Positions 39,001-54,806 of a stretch of DNA of 64,000 nucleotides are shown one piece after another. Under the pieces are notes generated by a model. It did no database searches. It was not told the origin of the DNA and worked only from the letters and a program-made list of their open reading frames with translations. This stretch comes from Marsupella aquatica (taxonomy: Eukaryota; Plantae; Marchantiophyta). Location of the stretch: NCBI GenBank assembly GCA_973895155.1, contig OZ316895.1, forward strand, positions 1,300,435-1,364,434. Reading direction: 5' to 3'. Positions within the stretch are counted from its first letter, which is position 1; the number at the start of each line of letters is the position of its first letter. The translations under genes and the position numbers were made by a program.

Positions 39001-39319
39001 TGACCTCAATCAATGCTCTTATATCCAGTCAGCATTTTCTTCATTGGCTGCTTGCAAGTTAGTTCGGCTTGGTTCCGGGTCATTTTTCTCTACCTGAGCT
39101 ACATCTGGACTTGTGGAAGAAGAGCCTGCATAGAATTAATATGGAAATTTGTTGTCAATGGGCTTATCGTTGGGGGCTATCATTGAAGAGTGAGCAGTCA
39201 ATATTGTTTATATACATGATTGTCAAAGACTCTTGGCTGTTAGTCTTGGTTGCACTTACAGTAAAATTGGAATTTATGCTACAATTTGTGTATACCTAGA
39301 ATCCGAGAAGAAATTGGAT

Positions 39320-39650
39320 CTCGGGGGGGTCACTATATGGAGGGTCATACATCGCGTGCGACGTTTTAGGGTTTGACCCCCCTAACTTTAAAGTGAAAAA
39401 TATTTTTTTGCAAAGCCCTTTCTTTCTTAAAATTTTGTCATTTTTTATTAAAAAACCCCTAAAAACTTTATAGAAAGTATTTTTTGCAATTAAATAGGCC
39501 TATGTGTTCTTTAAAGTCGACCAATCAATAAAACATGCCCTATGTGTTCTTCCACCAAACTTTGGAAGTCTTCCGCCACACCCATTTAAATGGGCCTATA
39601 CTTCGTCGCACGTGATGTGTCACTTCCAAAGTGGAAGTGACCCCCCCGAG
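39320..39650. mobile_element. MITE, family A copy 2 (inverted relative to copy 1)
   Basis: Same 14-bp TIR, near-identical internally to 12383-12709. No 8-bp TSD. Confidence 0.9.
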
Positions 39651-42600
39651 GATATATTACAATTGAAGAAAGTGAGTAGAGTTATCAAGCAATTAACCAA
39701 AGGCATATAGTATAGTAATTGCATAAATTAACTGAAATAGAACAGTACATTGGATTCGGGGTCAGATTGAGAGTCCCCCTCATATTACATTTTGTATGCC
39801 ACCTTGAGATTAGACTTCTAGTACAAAGTTCATCATGACATGCCTTCATAATTGTAAAGTCTAAAAATGGCCCACTTGGTGATGACGACAACTTAAGCAA
39901 GATATAGATGGCAAAACTTAAGATTGCATTTGGGAATGCACTGCATTGAAACAAACTCACCGACAAACCATGGATTCTCCAAACTCCAGTCTATGCTATC
40001 TGGAGGCCACAAGGTATACTCCCTTGATTGAGGATTCCAATTGGGTTTTCTATGCCTTTTCTTCTGCTTTTGGAAGTAAGCTCTTTTGTAGTCATCGGTG
40101 TCCTTCCACTTTAGGAGGGCCCCAAGCTGAAGACCCAATAGCTCGCCTTTGTACACACCTGCTTCCTTTTGGCCAGAACTATCAGTACCAGTCAGCGGTT
40201 CTGTAGTTATTTTCTTGCCTTCCACCAATGGGCTTCCAAATACCTTGGCTTCAAGAGGTGTCTCTGTTAGCACTACAGTGACTTCATGCTTTTCCATTGA
40301 TATGAGATAACTTTGTCTGGTTTTTCCCAATTATAGGCAGTAGGACCCACCTGAAGATTGGATCAATGGTTCACTATTGCTTAGCTCTGTTTCCCAGAGG
40401 ATATCTAGCAGCAATTATGGTTGTCCCAGTGACAGAACTCAGATTCTTGAGACAAAAAAAACCAATACAATTTTGTCCACACAATTATAATTGTGGATGG
40501 TTGCAGCAATTGACTAGTAATTGGTCCTGGAATCTAGTAATTGTGTTAAAAATGTTCAAGAATGAATACTACACAACAGGCTTCACGTACCAACCTATCA
40601 ATCATGGAAAATAAATGAGAAACAAAAGACATACATTAGGAATGTACCCACCAAATAAAAATGGCCCAGAAAATACATTGAGGAAAACATTTTTTATTTA
40701 ACTTGTTCTGAAAGCTCACCCAATCATAAAAACTAACAATGAGAAGCTTATTAAGGACTGAGGCCTGCACAGTCATTGACTGTAATAATCTATATTTTCC
40801 AACACTGAAAAGTGGACCAGTGAAGTCATGATGTGAAGATGAGAGATCCCATCATCACCCAAAAGATTCCAATCTTCAGGATTGGGAGAGAATTTATCCT
40901 GTCAATAATTCACAACTTAGTACTGTACATTTGTCAGACTTCCAAATCAGTCTGCAAAAAGCAATTTATTAGTTATAAATCCCTTGAAGTTGTTTGGCTA
41001 AGCTTTGGCAATTTACTTAAGAGAAATGTTTTTGACCAGGAACAAGTCATTTCTTTGTTCTAACTGTGACAACTTTTAAAACCAAAGCACAGATTTAGAT
41101 ATTGATGTGTACTAGACTGAAGCAACAGGAAAGTAGATTATTTCATTTGTTTACCATTCTTCCAAGAGTCATGTCTTTTACCAATCGGCATCCTATTAAA
41201 TTAACTGGGCCTTTTTGTGAGCATAAGAAGCAAGCAAGTTTAACTTGAACTTCTTCAGGAATATATTTATTCTCCTTCTTGATGTGTCTGGCCCTAAACC
41301 CTGAACAAGTGAATGTCCTAGAATTGGATTTTATGGGCCTGAATGCGCAAGCTTTGCTCACAAATAGTTGGTGAAATCCATAGTGCCCACGCAGATGCAC
41401 AGAGCCCCCTAGTTGCCCCTTCCCAGAGTTACAGTCACCCCTGAATCATTTACACCTCTTCCATGGTTACGCCCCCTCCAGAGGAGTGTCTTTCATGCTT
41501 ACTAGCAGTATCAAGAGTAGTATAGATTGCAGCACAAGTTAGACTGACAACATTTAATGAGTTCATGATTATCCTTATGGGATCACAGGAACAATTAAAA
41601 GGAAATAATTAGGGTTTTCCAGCTGAGGATAGCACATGGATTGGCTTTGTGTGTATGAATGAGGGGTTTGTCAGTTAAGGATAGCACATAGGTTGGCTTT
41701 GAGTGTATCTATGAGAGACAGTCTAAATATACACAGGGAAGAGGTGATATACATTAATTTCAAGATGGTGTGATTGTGCTCCCACCAGTCTGAAAGCTCC
41801 CGGCAAGTTCAATCCCGTTTGCGGGTGAGATGGGTTCTGTGGGTAGTGGATGGGAGTCCTGCATATCTCCTTGGCCCTTGGTTGGCCGCTTTGCTGCCCT
41901 GATTTAATCCTCTCTCCCTCCTGGTGCGGGTCCTTGCCGGATCGGTGGGGGTTTCCTACTATTAATGTATGTCTTCTACTATTGGGCTGGGGAGAGACTA
42001 CTAAGTGTTCTTCCTCATTTATTTCAAGACAAAAAAAAGAGTCTTAATCCATCTCTGAGGTCGACTTTGGAAGAATGATACTTAGCTCTCACATCCTTGT
42101 CCATCCTTGAAAGATGACTCTCACATCCCATCCATCCTGGATGGATGAAACTGGCTCTCACATCAATCTCCATCGATCCGTCCTTGTTTCACTGGAAGGA
42201 AATATCTGACTCCCGTCTTCTCATGATCAGTCTGTTGTCCAAATCCACATCTAAACTGGTCCATCAGACGTTCCAGTGAAGAATTTTTTAATCGATTTGT
42301 TGGGCGTTGTAGAAAATAGAATCATTCACTCAATCACAGCTTGCCCCGAGCCTCGATCCAGGTGCACATCACTAATAGTCCGAATGGCACATCATGTCAA
42401 AAGTTCCATTTGACTTCACAAACCGTTATTCTTTAAATTATTTGATACAAGCACTGGTAGGACACAGATTCATAAGAGAGTACTATGCCTTCCAAGTGCA
42501 CATCGCAATCTCTTCATCAGACAGAGTAGAGAAATGGCCACAAGGTGAGCTAAGTTGACAACAAATATGAGAAACTATCTTGCCAGCCTAGGGGTAGGGG

Positions 42601-43395
42601 GCTGCATTTTTGAACCTGTCTTGCTTCTCCATGTTATGGGCCCGGTTATGGGTGCAAAAACAGAATTGGACCAAGAAGTGTCTGGTCTGGGCATGTGATA
42701 AACTGACTGTATCCTTGGCTTCGTGTCAGTCATGTTTTTTCTATTCAAGCAAAGTACTTAAATTTAGTGAATAGCAAGAATTCAGTCATTGTTGTTTTTA
42801 TTCAAACATTATGCTTCAATATAGTGGATAGCAAATTAGAACTTGCACATAAAATTGAGAAGCTATTTGCATTCTCTCATACTGGATTATCTGTTGCAAC
42901 TGAGTCTAATTAAAAATTATGCAAGAGCTGCTTTTAACTGCATTAAATGAGTGCCTTGTGTGAGGACCAACAACCAAAAAGAGTAGAGCGAACACTCCTA
43001 TCCCTCCCCCACCCAGGACAAAGTCCAGGAAAATATTTGCTTACCCCAAGTCTGTACAAACCTAAATTGAATACTTGCTTACGACATCCCTCCATACCAT
43101 GATAAACCTCGTTATTTCCTTTAAATCAATGACTCAATGACTGCACACCGTATATTGTCACGTTTTGATGTTTGATGACCAGTAGGGGTATTGGGCTAGT
43201 GATGCATTCACCTGGGTAGGTGAACTAAGAAGACATGTGTTGCACAAGAGACTAGCACCTGAATATGCTTGCTGGAGCTGAGGTTTACTGTAGTCACAAA
43301 ATATAAGGGTCTTTTTTAAGCTACTAGCCCCATGACCCTTTTCTTGAAGTAAATAGATATGAAGAAAAATCTTGCACAATAAATTTTATATGCTA

Positions 43396-43628
43396 CGAGC
43401 CCTATGCCAGTGCTTTTGCACTGTGCAAGGAGGGCAGGCCCGTAGGGATCGGTCGGGGCATTAAGGGGAAATGGGAAGCAAATATGTGATAGGGGTGTAC
43501 ATTTCTCTCATCAATGGTCGGCAAAAATAGCTAATCAAATCCAACGGCTGTGGATCTTTCCCGCCCAGGAGCTTTTTTTATCGGGACTAAGGACGAAAAA
43601 AGAAGGGATCCCTTATTATAGTTATAGA
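43396..43628 (-). mobile_element. Short non-autonomous Helitron (~233 bp)
   Basis: On the minus strand: A|TCTATAACTATAATAAG start, 3' hairpin CAGTGC-AAAA-GCACTG, then CTCG|T (CTRR variant). Inserted between A and T with no TSD. Confidence 0.7.
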
Positions 43629-43797
43629 TTTTGGTTACTTAGTCTTTGCCCCATCCTTGGTTTTTGTCCATACTCATTTCACAGTTGTCAATGTCAAGTT
43701 TGTCCATCCTCATATATTTAAAATTTTGACTTGTTGAACCTCATTATCAGTTTTGTCTATATTGGGAGTTAAAGTCTAGAGGCTTCGCTCTAGACCC

Positions 43798-43895
43798 AGG
43801 GTTTAGGGTTTAGTTTAGGGCGCTCAAGGAGGATTTGCTCTAGACCTAGGCGCTAAAGAGTACGTTTTGGGTTTAGTTTAGGGTTTAGTTTAGGG
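43798..43895. promoter_or_regulatory. Degenerate telomere-repeat/telo-box cluster ~0.6 kb upstream of PTAC6
   Basis: agggtttagggtttagtttaggg and gggtttagtttagggtttagtttaggg. Confidence 0.6.
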
Positions 43896-44214
43896 CGCTT
43901 TTATAGTAAAATGAAAATTGAAAGACTCATATACATACCCCAAAACTATTATGACATCAAACACATATTTATCAGGGATAGAGTGGATGTGAAAACGCAC
44001 TCCTTTGCCAAAATGAGGAAAAGTGGGTACATGTGACCTAAAGCCGTCTCGACAGAATTTCATCCATTCAATTTCCTGCTTGCAAACCCAGCTCTCCATC
44101 CATCTGAATCTACACAGCCCTCTCGTCATGCATCGCGACTGCCTTTCATCCATGGCCCAGTAATCGCAGCAGCAACAGCAGAGATATCAAACTCCTGTAC
44201 TTAAGTAGCTGCAG

Positions 44215-44362
44215 GAAGAAGATCTCAGCTGCGTGAGAGGAGACCGGCGGAATGTGCTTGCTGTTGCTGGTGAGTGCTGAGGTTTAGCTGGACGAAGAAG
44301 ATCTAAAGCTGCGTGAGAGGAAACCGGCGGAATGTGCTTGCTGTGGCTGCTGAGGTTTAGCT
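44215..44362. repeat. ~80-bp tandem duplication in the PTAC6 5' region
   Basis: gaagaagatct...gctgcgtgagagga(g/a)accggcggaatgtgcttgctgt...tgctgaggtttagct x2. Confidence 0.8.
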
Positions 44363-44493
44363 TACAGTGGTAGCACGACAATCAGCCGAGCGACGAGGCT
44401 TTGCTTTCGGCCCAGCAGAGCAGAGCAGAGCAGAGCAGGAATTGGGACTCTGTTATAATTCCGTTGCAGCTGTTGTTGTTGTTGTAGTTGGAG

Positions 44494-45600
44494 ATGGCCG
44501 CTGTTTCAGCTACGATCGTTGGTGCTGTTCTCGGATCAGCTGGTGCGCGGCAAACGGCTGCAACCCAGGTGCGGACACACCGACAGACGGACTTAAGGAA
44601 GGAGCCCTCACTAGCTCGGGAATCATCTTTGCAGTGTCTCGACAGGTTTTGTCGTGCTTCGTCTAGTTCGGCTGGTCCAGTGAATAGGCAGATTTGCTGT
44701 AGTCTAGGCTCGACTTTAGGATTAGAAAATGCGGGCATTAGACAGACTAGGAATGGAATATGGGGACGGGAGCAGCAGAGACTGAGGAGACCGAAGGCTA
44801 AGGATGATGATTTCGAGATCGATGACGATGGAGGGTTCGAGCTGGCAGACCTTGACGAGGATGAGGAGGAGGAATTCAGGGACTACGAGACGGAGTACGA
44901 GTCTCCCACTGGAGAACTTAGAGGAATTGTGCAAAGGGAATCGGACACATTTATCAACACGGAGGGAGAAATGGAGGAGACTGTGGTCCATTGGAAGATC
45001 AACGAGGATGAGTTCCACAAGATTAATCTGCTGACATGTGACTTCTTTATCAGAAAGGTCCCTGATCCAGATAATGATGTTTATGACTTTCGTGAGATGT
45101 ATGTAAGTCCTCCAGACACGGATGTCTATTCAATCCCTAAGGTCAATGGAGACATCCTTCCCCACAAGCCGGTCCGATGCACTTTGAGTAACTACGAGGT
45201 CATACATACCGCAGAGACTCCTGTAGATGAACCACGTGCGCCTCTTGCAAAGACCGAGTATGAGGTCATGAAGGTATTTCTCACGAAGCATTATAAGGAT
45301 AGGCGCGCAGGACATGAGAATTTCATCCTGGATTTTGAGGAAATTTATGTCATCGATACTCAGAGCAAATCCTTTTCCAGAGCAGATGTCGAGGTGCACG
45401 TTCCCGGTGGCAAGAACCGGGATCGGAGTTTAGAAGTACTGATCGTAAGAGATCAGGGCACATCCTTTCGCATCATTCTAGAGGAAGATGAGACGAGTCC
45501 AGATTCAGTTATTCAAGCCCTGCACTGGGAAAAAACCCGTGAAAGCATGGAGAATTATTTGCGTGGATTTCGCGATTACGAAATCTCCAACTGGTTTTGA
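44494..45600 (+). CDS. PTAC6: Plastid transcriptionally active protein 6 (PEP-associated protein PAP8), single exon
   Basis: Ser/Ala/Arg-rich transit peptide and acidic linker, then WKINEDEFHKI.LL.CDFFIRK.PDPDNDVYDFREMYV.PPDTD, KVFLTKHY, LDFEEIYVID and terminal SNWF as in Arabidopsis PTAC6. Confidence 0.92.
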   Translation: MAAVSATIVGAVLGSAGARQTAATQVRTHRQTDLRKEPSLARESSLQCLDRFCRASSSSAGPVNRQICCSLGSTLGLENAGIRQTRNGIWGREQQRLRRPKAKDDDFEIDDDGGFELADLDEDEEEEFRDYETEYESPTGELRGIVQRESDTFINTEGEMEETVVHWKINEDEFHKINLLTCDFFIRKVPDPDNDVYDFREMYVSPPDTDVYSIPKVNGDILPHKPVRCTLSNYEVIHTAETPVDEPRAPLAKTEYEVMKVFLTKHYKDRRAGHENFILDFEEIYVIDTQSKSFSRADVEVHVPGGKNRDRSLEVLIVRDQGTSFRIILEEDETSPDSVIQALHWEKTRESMENYLRGFRDYEISNWF

Positions 45601-46884
45601 GGGGTCGGGGTTTATCAGCATTCTGTTATGCTTTAACTGATTCATGATTGGAGCGTTTTAGTCCCTCTGCTCTCTGCTTGTCCACATTGGACTACACTTA
45701 GCCGATCGCGTTTTGGGTAAGTTTTCTCCCAACTTAATCTGTAAGCTTTCAGTATAAATGTTTTTGTTTTGTCCCGAGAACTGTATATAGCCACGTCCTA
45801 CATCTTTTTAGAACGGTCTTTGCGTTTCTTTAGTTTTACTTTTTCAGCTGAATTGTTAATCTTGCTGCAGGGAGTGAAAACCACTGTTACTAAATATTTC
45901 CTATAGATCCGATTGAACAGTGACTCATGTCTGTATACAGCAATGAATCGGTACTCACTTTACTCGTGTTCTTGCCACGGAACTGCAAATCTTGCAGCAA
46001 GGAATCGGAGCGACCGCAGCAAATCAGTCTCTGAAGATGGGATTGCATCTTCCTTTGTATCTCTCGAAAGCAGTCTACATTTAGTATCAATCTCTCGAAA
46101 GCAGTCTACATTTCGATTCCAACATGATGTATCAATCTTTGAATCTAACTTATAAACTTCTCTGGTGGGAATGGACCTGTCTCCGTGTACACGATTGAAA
46201 CATTCTGCACTGCCAGCTAAAAGCATTCTCTATTTGGTTTAGATGTAAACTTGTGTTCACTTGGAACTGACTTGTCAAAGAAATCAAATTTGAAATCCCA
46301 CTACTTTCCACGCAAAAGTTGAAAGTTGGGTACTAATTGTTCCCCTCACAATCGTTATTTTGGATATTTTCTGGATAGTTCAAATGTGGCTCCGAGAATG
46401 TCTAAAGCAATGCTAACAACACGCAATATGTGGCAATGTCGACAATATACGCTTGCAGCTGATTCGACCTCAAGGTGAACCTGATCACCCTTCCCATAAT
46501 GAACTCGCAAAACATTCAGCACCGCTCTCAAAGGAAGCTCTACCGTTCTAATGATTGATCAGGTTCACATCGATGAGTTCTAAATATTTTGGGGGTCTTC
46601 AATAGTTTTTCAAGATATGAGTGAAGACAGATTTTGAAAAATTGCTGTAGGCAGACTAAGTATACCGGTGCTTGTGTTCGGATGAGGTTATCTTTGCCGT
46701 GTACATTTGATGGCTGGGAACCTGCGTGCAATGAGTTGAATTGAGCTCGTTCTGCGTTGGGAGGATGTAACGTGGATATCCTAGTGAAGGCGTCAACCCT
46801 ACACACTGTTTTTGGTCGCGGTGGATACAACCTCTAATGCCTTTCGTTCACTCGTCACATGTAACTTAAAACTGAAATCCATAG

Positions 46885-46975
46885 GGCAAGGGGAGATTAG
46901 CAGCTTCTGCCACAAGCAATGGTAAACTACTTAGCTCATCCTGGTTGGAACGATGGTTCAGAGGATGAACTTCAA
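46885..46975 (+). pseudogene. Fragment of an organellar/bacterial-type glutamyl-tRNA synthetase exon
   Basis: Translates to LLPQAMVNYLAHPGWNDGSEDE versus GluRS GYLPQAMVNYLALLGWGDGTENE. An in-frame stop lies just upstream and no complete gene is present. Confidence 0.6.
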
Positions 46976-48116
46976 CAGATCAGTAAGTTAATTCTTGATT
47001 CAGTTGGAGTCTCTGGCCTATGGTTTGTGCTCGTTGTTTCTAGCAAGCATGTATTAGATCTCATAGTTATGTTGCAGGACAATCCTTGTGGCGATATAAG
47101 TAAGATGAAACAATTATCTCAAAAGTATGGTAACGACATCCATTAACTAAACACAGAAACAGTTAAACATACACACTACGATAGAGATGTAGAGTACAAG
47201 ATTTCACTGCACACTCGATTTCAGTAAAGCGAATGAATTGACGTACCCATGTTTTGAAGGAATAGGTCGATTATAGTGATGAATCTGAGTACACAAGGTT
47301 ACTGCCAACAATCCAGTTTACGATAGTGGCACTTTCCTGGGATCAGGCTTGGTAGCAACTCTTTGTAATAGGAGGCTGGTCGATGTGGACAAGGATGGAC
47401 ATCGGAGAAAATTAAAATGGCGTATGGTCATCTGACTCCACGTACTTAGCTTTGTGTGTGGCACCCCAACCTACATAAATACAATAACGCATGGTGTAAT
47501 GTGTAGCCCCTCCAACAATCGCGATCCTCAATCCCCAAAACTGGCCCACACTAGTCTGTACCCTCTCCTACTGACTTGCCTTGGGGAGTTCTGAATGTTC
47601 TGCAGAGTTTCAGATGCCATAAATCGAACGAAACTGAGGCATGACATTTTCTTTATATCGACAGCCTCTGCAGCCGTGCATCAAATCCTCTTGCTGATGT
47701 AAACGCATTTCATCAACAGAGCAGAACAACCGTATCTAGCATTTCGATTATTTTTTAGATGGACGCTTGGAGGAGTTTTGGTTCAGGTGGGCAAGGAATT
47801 TTCAATTTACGGCATCAAAGAACTGATGTACAGTACCTCAAAAATGAGGATTTTTAATCAGAACGTGAGCTTAAATAAATGTCAGCAAAACCTCCTCGAT
47901 ATGTCAACAAATTTGTCGCTGCGAAAACAACGGCCTGCCACTATAACTCCCTGACACCTACATAAGAACAGTTCTCAGACCTCGTCCTGGATTTTTCACA
48001 AAAATAATTTACAAGTGCACTTGGCACGACCATATTACATGGAAAGATCCAGACATAGCCCAGACCCGTAATTCTGCTGTTTCTTTTCTTGTTAGGATTT
48101 CAAGTTGGAATCTCAT

Positions 48117-51254
<3,138 letters not shown>

Positions 51255-51784
51255 AGCTGCTCTGTACTATAGACGGAACTCCGAACTGGAAGGGAGAAAA
51301 TTCCAACCGCCCCAATGCGAAACACCACCAGCTCTCCAAAACCAGCTCCTGCCTTCTCAATTCTTCGCGCAAATTCTCGCACCCTCGGTTTTGTTTCACC
51401 TTTCTTCACAATCGGTGGATGGAGGCTTAGCTCTGGAGCAAGGCGATGGAGGAAGGGGGGTCGGCAGAGCTCCAATCCCGCAGTGACATAGAGGAGGAGG
51501 AGCAGATCAGATAAGAGGACAGCTTTACATTTGGGAATGAATGAGAGGCCACCGGACTCTATCTGACCCGCCCCGTAACTGTGGTCCTGCTTTGCTCTAA
51601 ATCCTCCTCCACAAACCCTCTCTTTTCTCCTCTTCTGCGGTTTACTTCGGTCCCCGGTTCCCTCGCGCGGGCCCTTCCCCTCCCCTCCCTTTCTTTCCTT
51701 TTTTTTCTTTTCTTTTCTTGTGCCCCTCTAAAAGTGACAAGAAAAAAAGACTGGAGTTACCCATATTCAAGGATATCTAGTGCC

Positions 51785-52358
51785 TGCTAGTGAATGAACC
51801 ACACTCTAACAACATGGATACAGCCACAAAGTGCCTGTAGCTCAACATGGATACAGCCACATGGATACAGCCACAAAGGGCCTGTAGTTCAGTGGTAGAG
51901 CACTACAATGTACACCAGAGGTTATAGATTCAATTCCTAGCCGGCCATGTTGTTGAGAGTTCCATCATGGTATCAGAACCAAAGATTAGGAGTTCCCATT
52001 GTAGCGAGTGCAGCTCGAGGGAGGGTGTTGGACATGAACCACACTCGAACAAGATGGATACAGCCACAAAGGGCCTGTAGCTCAGTGGTAGAGCACTACA
52101 ATGTACATGAGAGGTCATAGATTCAATTCCTAGCCAATCCATGTTGTTGAGAATTCCAACATAGTATCAAAACCAAAGATTAGGAGTTTCCCTTGTAGTG
52201 AATGTAGCTCAAGGGAAGGTGTTCGAAATGAACTACACTCGAACAACATGGATACAGCCACAAAGGGCCTGTAGTAGCTCAGTGGTTGAGCACTACAGTG
52301 TACACGAGAGGTCATAGATTCAATTCCTAACTGGTCCATGTTGTTGAGAGTTCCAACA
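51785..52358 (+). mobile_element. Tandem TRIM (three LTRs, two ~58-bp internal domains) with tRNA-like sequence inside each LTR
   Basis: LTRs at 51785-51967, 52026-52161 and 52220-52358 (TG...CA). PBS TGGTATCAGAACC (51968) and TAGTATCAAAACC (52162). PPT GAGGGAGGG / AAGGGAAGG. TSD GTGCC/ATGCC. LTR core GGGCCTGTAGCTCAGTGGTAGAGCA...GAGGTCATAGATTCAATTCC. Confidence 0.88.
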
Positions 52359-54806
52359 ATGCCTTCCTCCCCATGTATAGGATAACCTAGGTCTGGGCAG
52401 GGGTGAGTAGGTCTGGAATGTGAAAGCAAGCTGAGGCAGTTGGAAAAAATTCAAACATTTTGAACACAAGGTTATAGACAATAACCCCACCCTAACCTCT
52501 TGGTTTTCATAGGTAATTTCTGTCAGAGAAGGTTATCTGGCTATGAATATCTGGGCAAGAGATTATGAGGATAACAACATAGACTAGGAATAGTTACCAG
52601 GGGTATCCATTGTTTGATCCATACAAGATCAATGTATCTGCCTCACCCGCTGCCTCTCAGCACCCCTTCTCCCTCTCATGCCATTCCCTCTCCCCTCCTA
52701 GCTTACCGACCTCTTCATTGCCCACCAGTCCGAGCTTGCGACACAAGGTGTCTCATTGTCCCAACTGGAGCCAGGAAGTGCTCCAGCCAACCTCCCCCAT
52801 TGTTCAAGTCACCATGCACTGTTGCTTTGCTTACCCCATCTTGGATTATCAGATCTTGCAAGAAAATTGATCAATAAATCAGACATCCAGGAGACTATCC
52901 CATTCTTTTTCAATTTTGTAACATGCTAGGGTTACAAAATATCCACCAGCAATATCAACCCCCTACCCCATTCTTGGTGATGGATGATCCATTAATGTCT
53001 TCCCACCGTGCTTCGTTGATAGTGGTCAGGACCCAGGACCCATTTAGAGGCGCGTGGGGCCTGGGCAGGAGGATTCAGGCGAATTGGGTGGTGGAAAAAG
53101 CAGAATATGGAGCTATCCATTTCCCTTTGCCCATTTTGTTGTTTTGGGATCCCCTCAAACTTTTCGCTTTTCCACTGAACCACGTGTTAGGCCACGCCTT
53201 TCCTTCGGCCATGCTCGTTCGCCATGGGTCACCTTTATAACGTACAGTCTATACAGTAAACTAGCGCTGGACTTTTTGGTTCAGAATTCCTGCTATGGTA
53301 GTTGGGGCGTTCTTCATTCGAAGCACACAAAATACGAGAAACTACTCAAGTGTACTGTACCTAATGTACTGGAATTCCTGATATTTTATTGACATTTTGT
53401 TGGGTGAGTTATGATATTTTATTGAGTGAATTTATTTATTGGGAGCCGTTTGTTTTTTATAGTGGTAACTCACGTATATAGACTTTGTAGTGGTTCGCCA
53501 TGGGTAAGCTTCATAACGTACAGTCTAGCTCATGCTCATGATTATTACAAGGGACTAGCATGAATACCCGTTCCTTGAACCAAAATAGAGATGAGGAGAA
53601 AAAATAACTTGCAAAAAACTGATTTCATGCCATTTCTTGGTCATCTTTGCCCCATTCATATTTTGTTTGCACCATCACTTTGAATTATGTCCCTCACTTA
53701 AAATCATTGTCTTGGTCATCTTTACCCCCATCCATTTTTTTTTGCACCATCACTTTCAATAATGTCCTCATTTAGAGTCACGCTCTGAAAGCTTCACTCA
53801 CTCACTCTAGGCTGTAGGCCCAGGAGTAGGTTCCATTGCAATTCATTACCTTGATTAATAAACATGCCACAGGGCTGGGTAACAAATCTAATGGCAAACA
53901 TGTGCTTTCATCTTTTCTGGCGTTTGGATGGCAAATATTTGTTTTCATCTTTCCTGGATTTTGTATGTTAATGACTTACACTTCGAGAACTTTAAGAGAG
54001 GTCTAGCTTAGTATGGAAGAGTAGGCAGACAGATAGAGAGATATATATGTTTCTGCAATTCTTTGTAGGAGTCACATGTCACAATCTGGGGAAACGGATA
54101 CAAATATCAAATGGAGGGATGTATTTTACGTTTCTCAGATCCCTAAATTTGTTGTTGTTCCTGAAAATGATTGTCGAAATTCTACCATACGTTGTTGCCT
54201 TAGAACAAAATTGATGGCAGCATGTTGACCTCGCATCTCTGTACGAGCAATGCCCTCAGTTTGATCAGTTTAACAACAAAGTGGCCTTCTCTGTGTTGTA
54301 TGTCAACACTAAGTACACATTTCAGGGCAGAAACCTGAATATGCCAGACTGACGAAATTAGCTTCATTAAAGATGTATGAAGCAGTCCTGCCTCGATGCC
54401 AATTCTTCTGCGTAAAAATGTGGGACAATTATCCACCTGAAATGCCCTTCCCCCAAGATTTTGAGAAAACGAAGCATCCTACAGTAATCTGGTACACTAA
54501 ACACCAAAAATCCCGGTGTAGGCACTAAGTACTCCTTAAAAGCTTGGAGTAACTTGCACATTTGGGACAGAGCACCTGATAGAAAAACTACATTTTCTGT
54601 CATTCAAAAGATCTCACGACTTTGGTATGAATCAGAACTCAAAAACTTCCGACTGTTCCAGATAACTATAATCACGTTTGGATGCAATTCCCGCAGAATT
54701 GAGATACATCATCGATATTTGCCTTTCGTGACCCTACTTCCTTCACCTGGCGCACTACTATTACGTTGCAACTCCTGGTCGGCCTCCAAGGGATTTAGTC
54801 ATCACT

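Noticed and set aside
43798-43895. True telomere or chromosome end
   Set aside because: Only a few degenerate interstitial units with genes on both sides.
51876-52335. Three tRNA genes
   Set aside because: The D-arm/A-box looks tRNA-like, but the anticodon arm is shortened, the T-loop is altered (GATTCAATT) and the acceptor stem is poor. They lie inside TRIM LTRs.
53217-53527. LTR element bounded by ~35-bp direct repeats (gttcgccatgggt....tt.ataacgtacagtcta)
   Set aside because: Repeats are too short and lack TG..CA ends, PBS or PPT. Cannot be classified.
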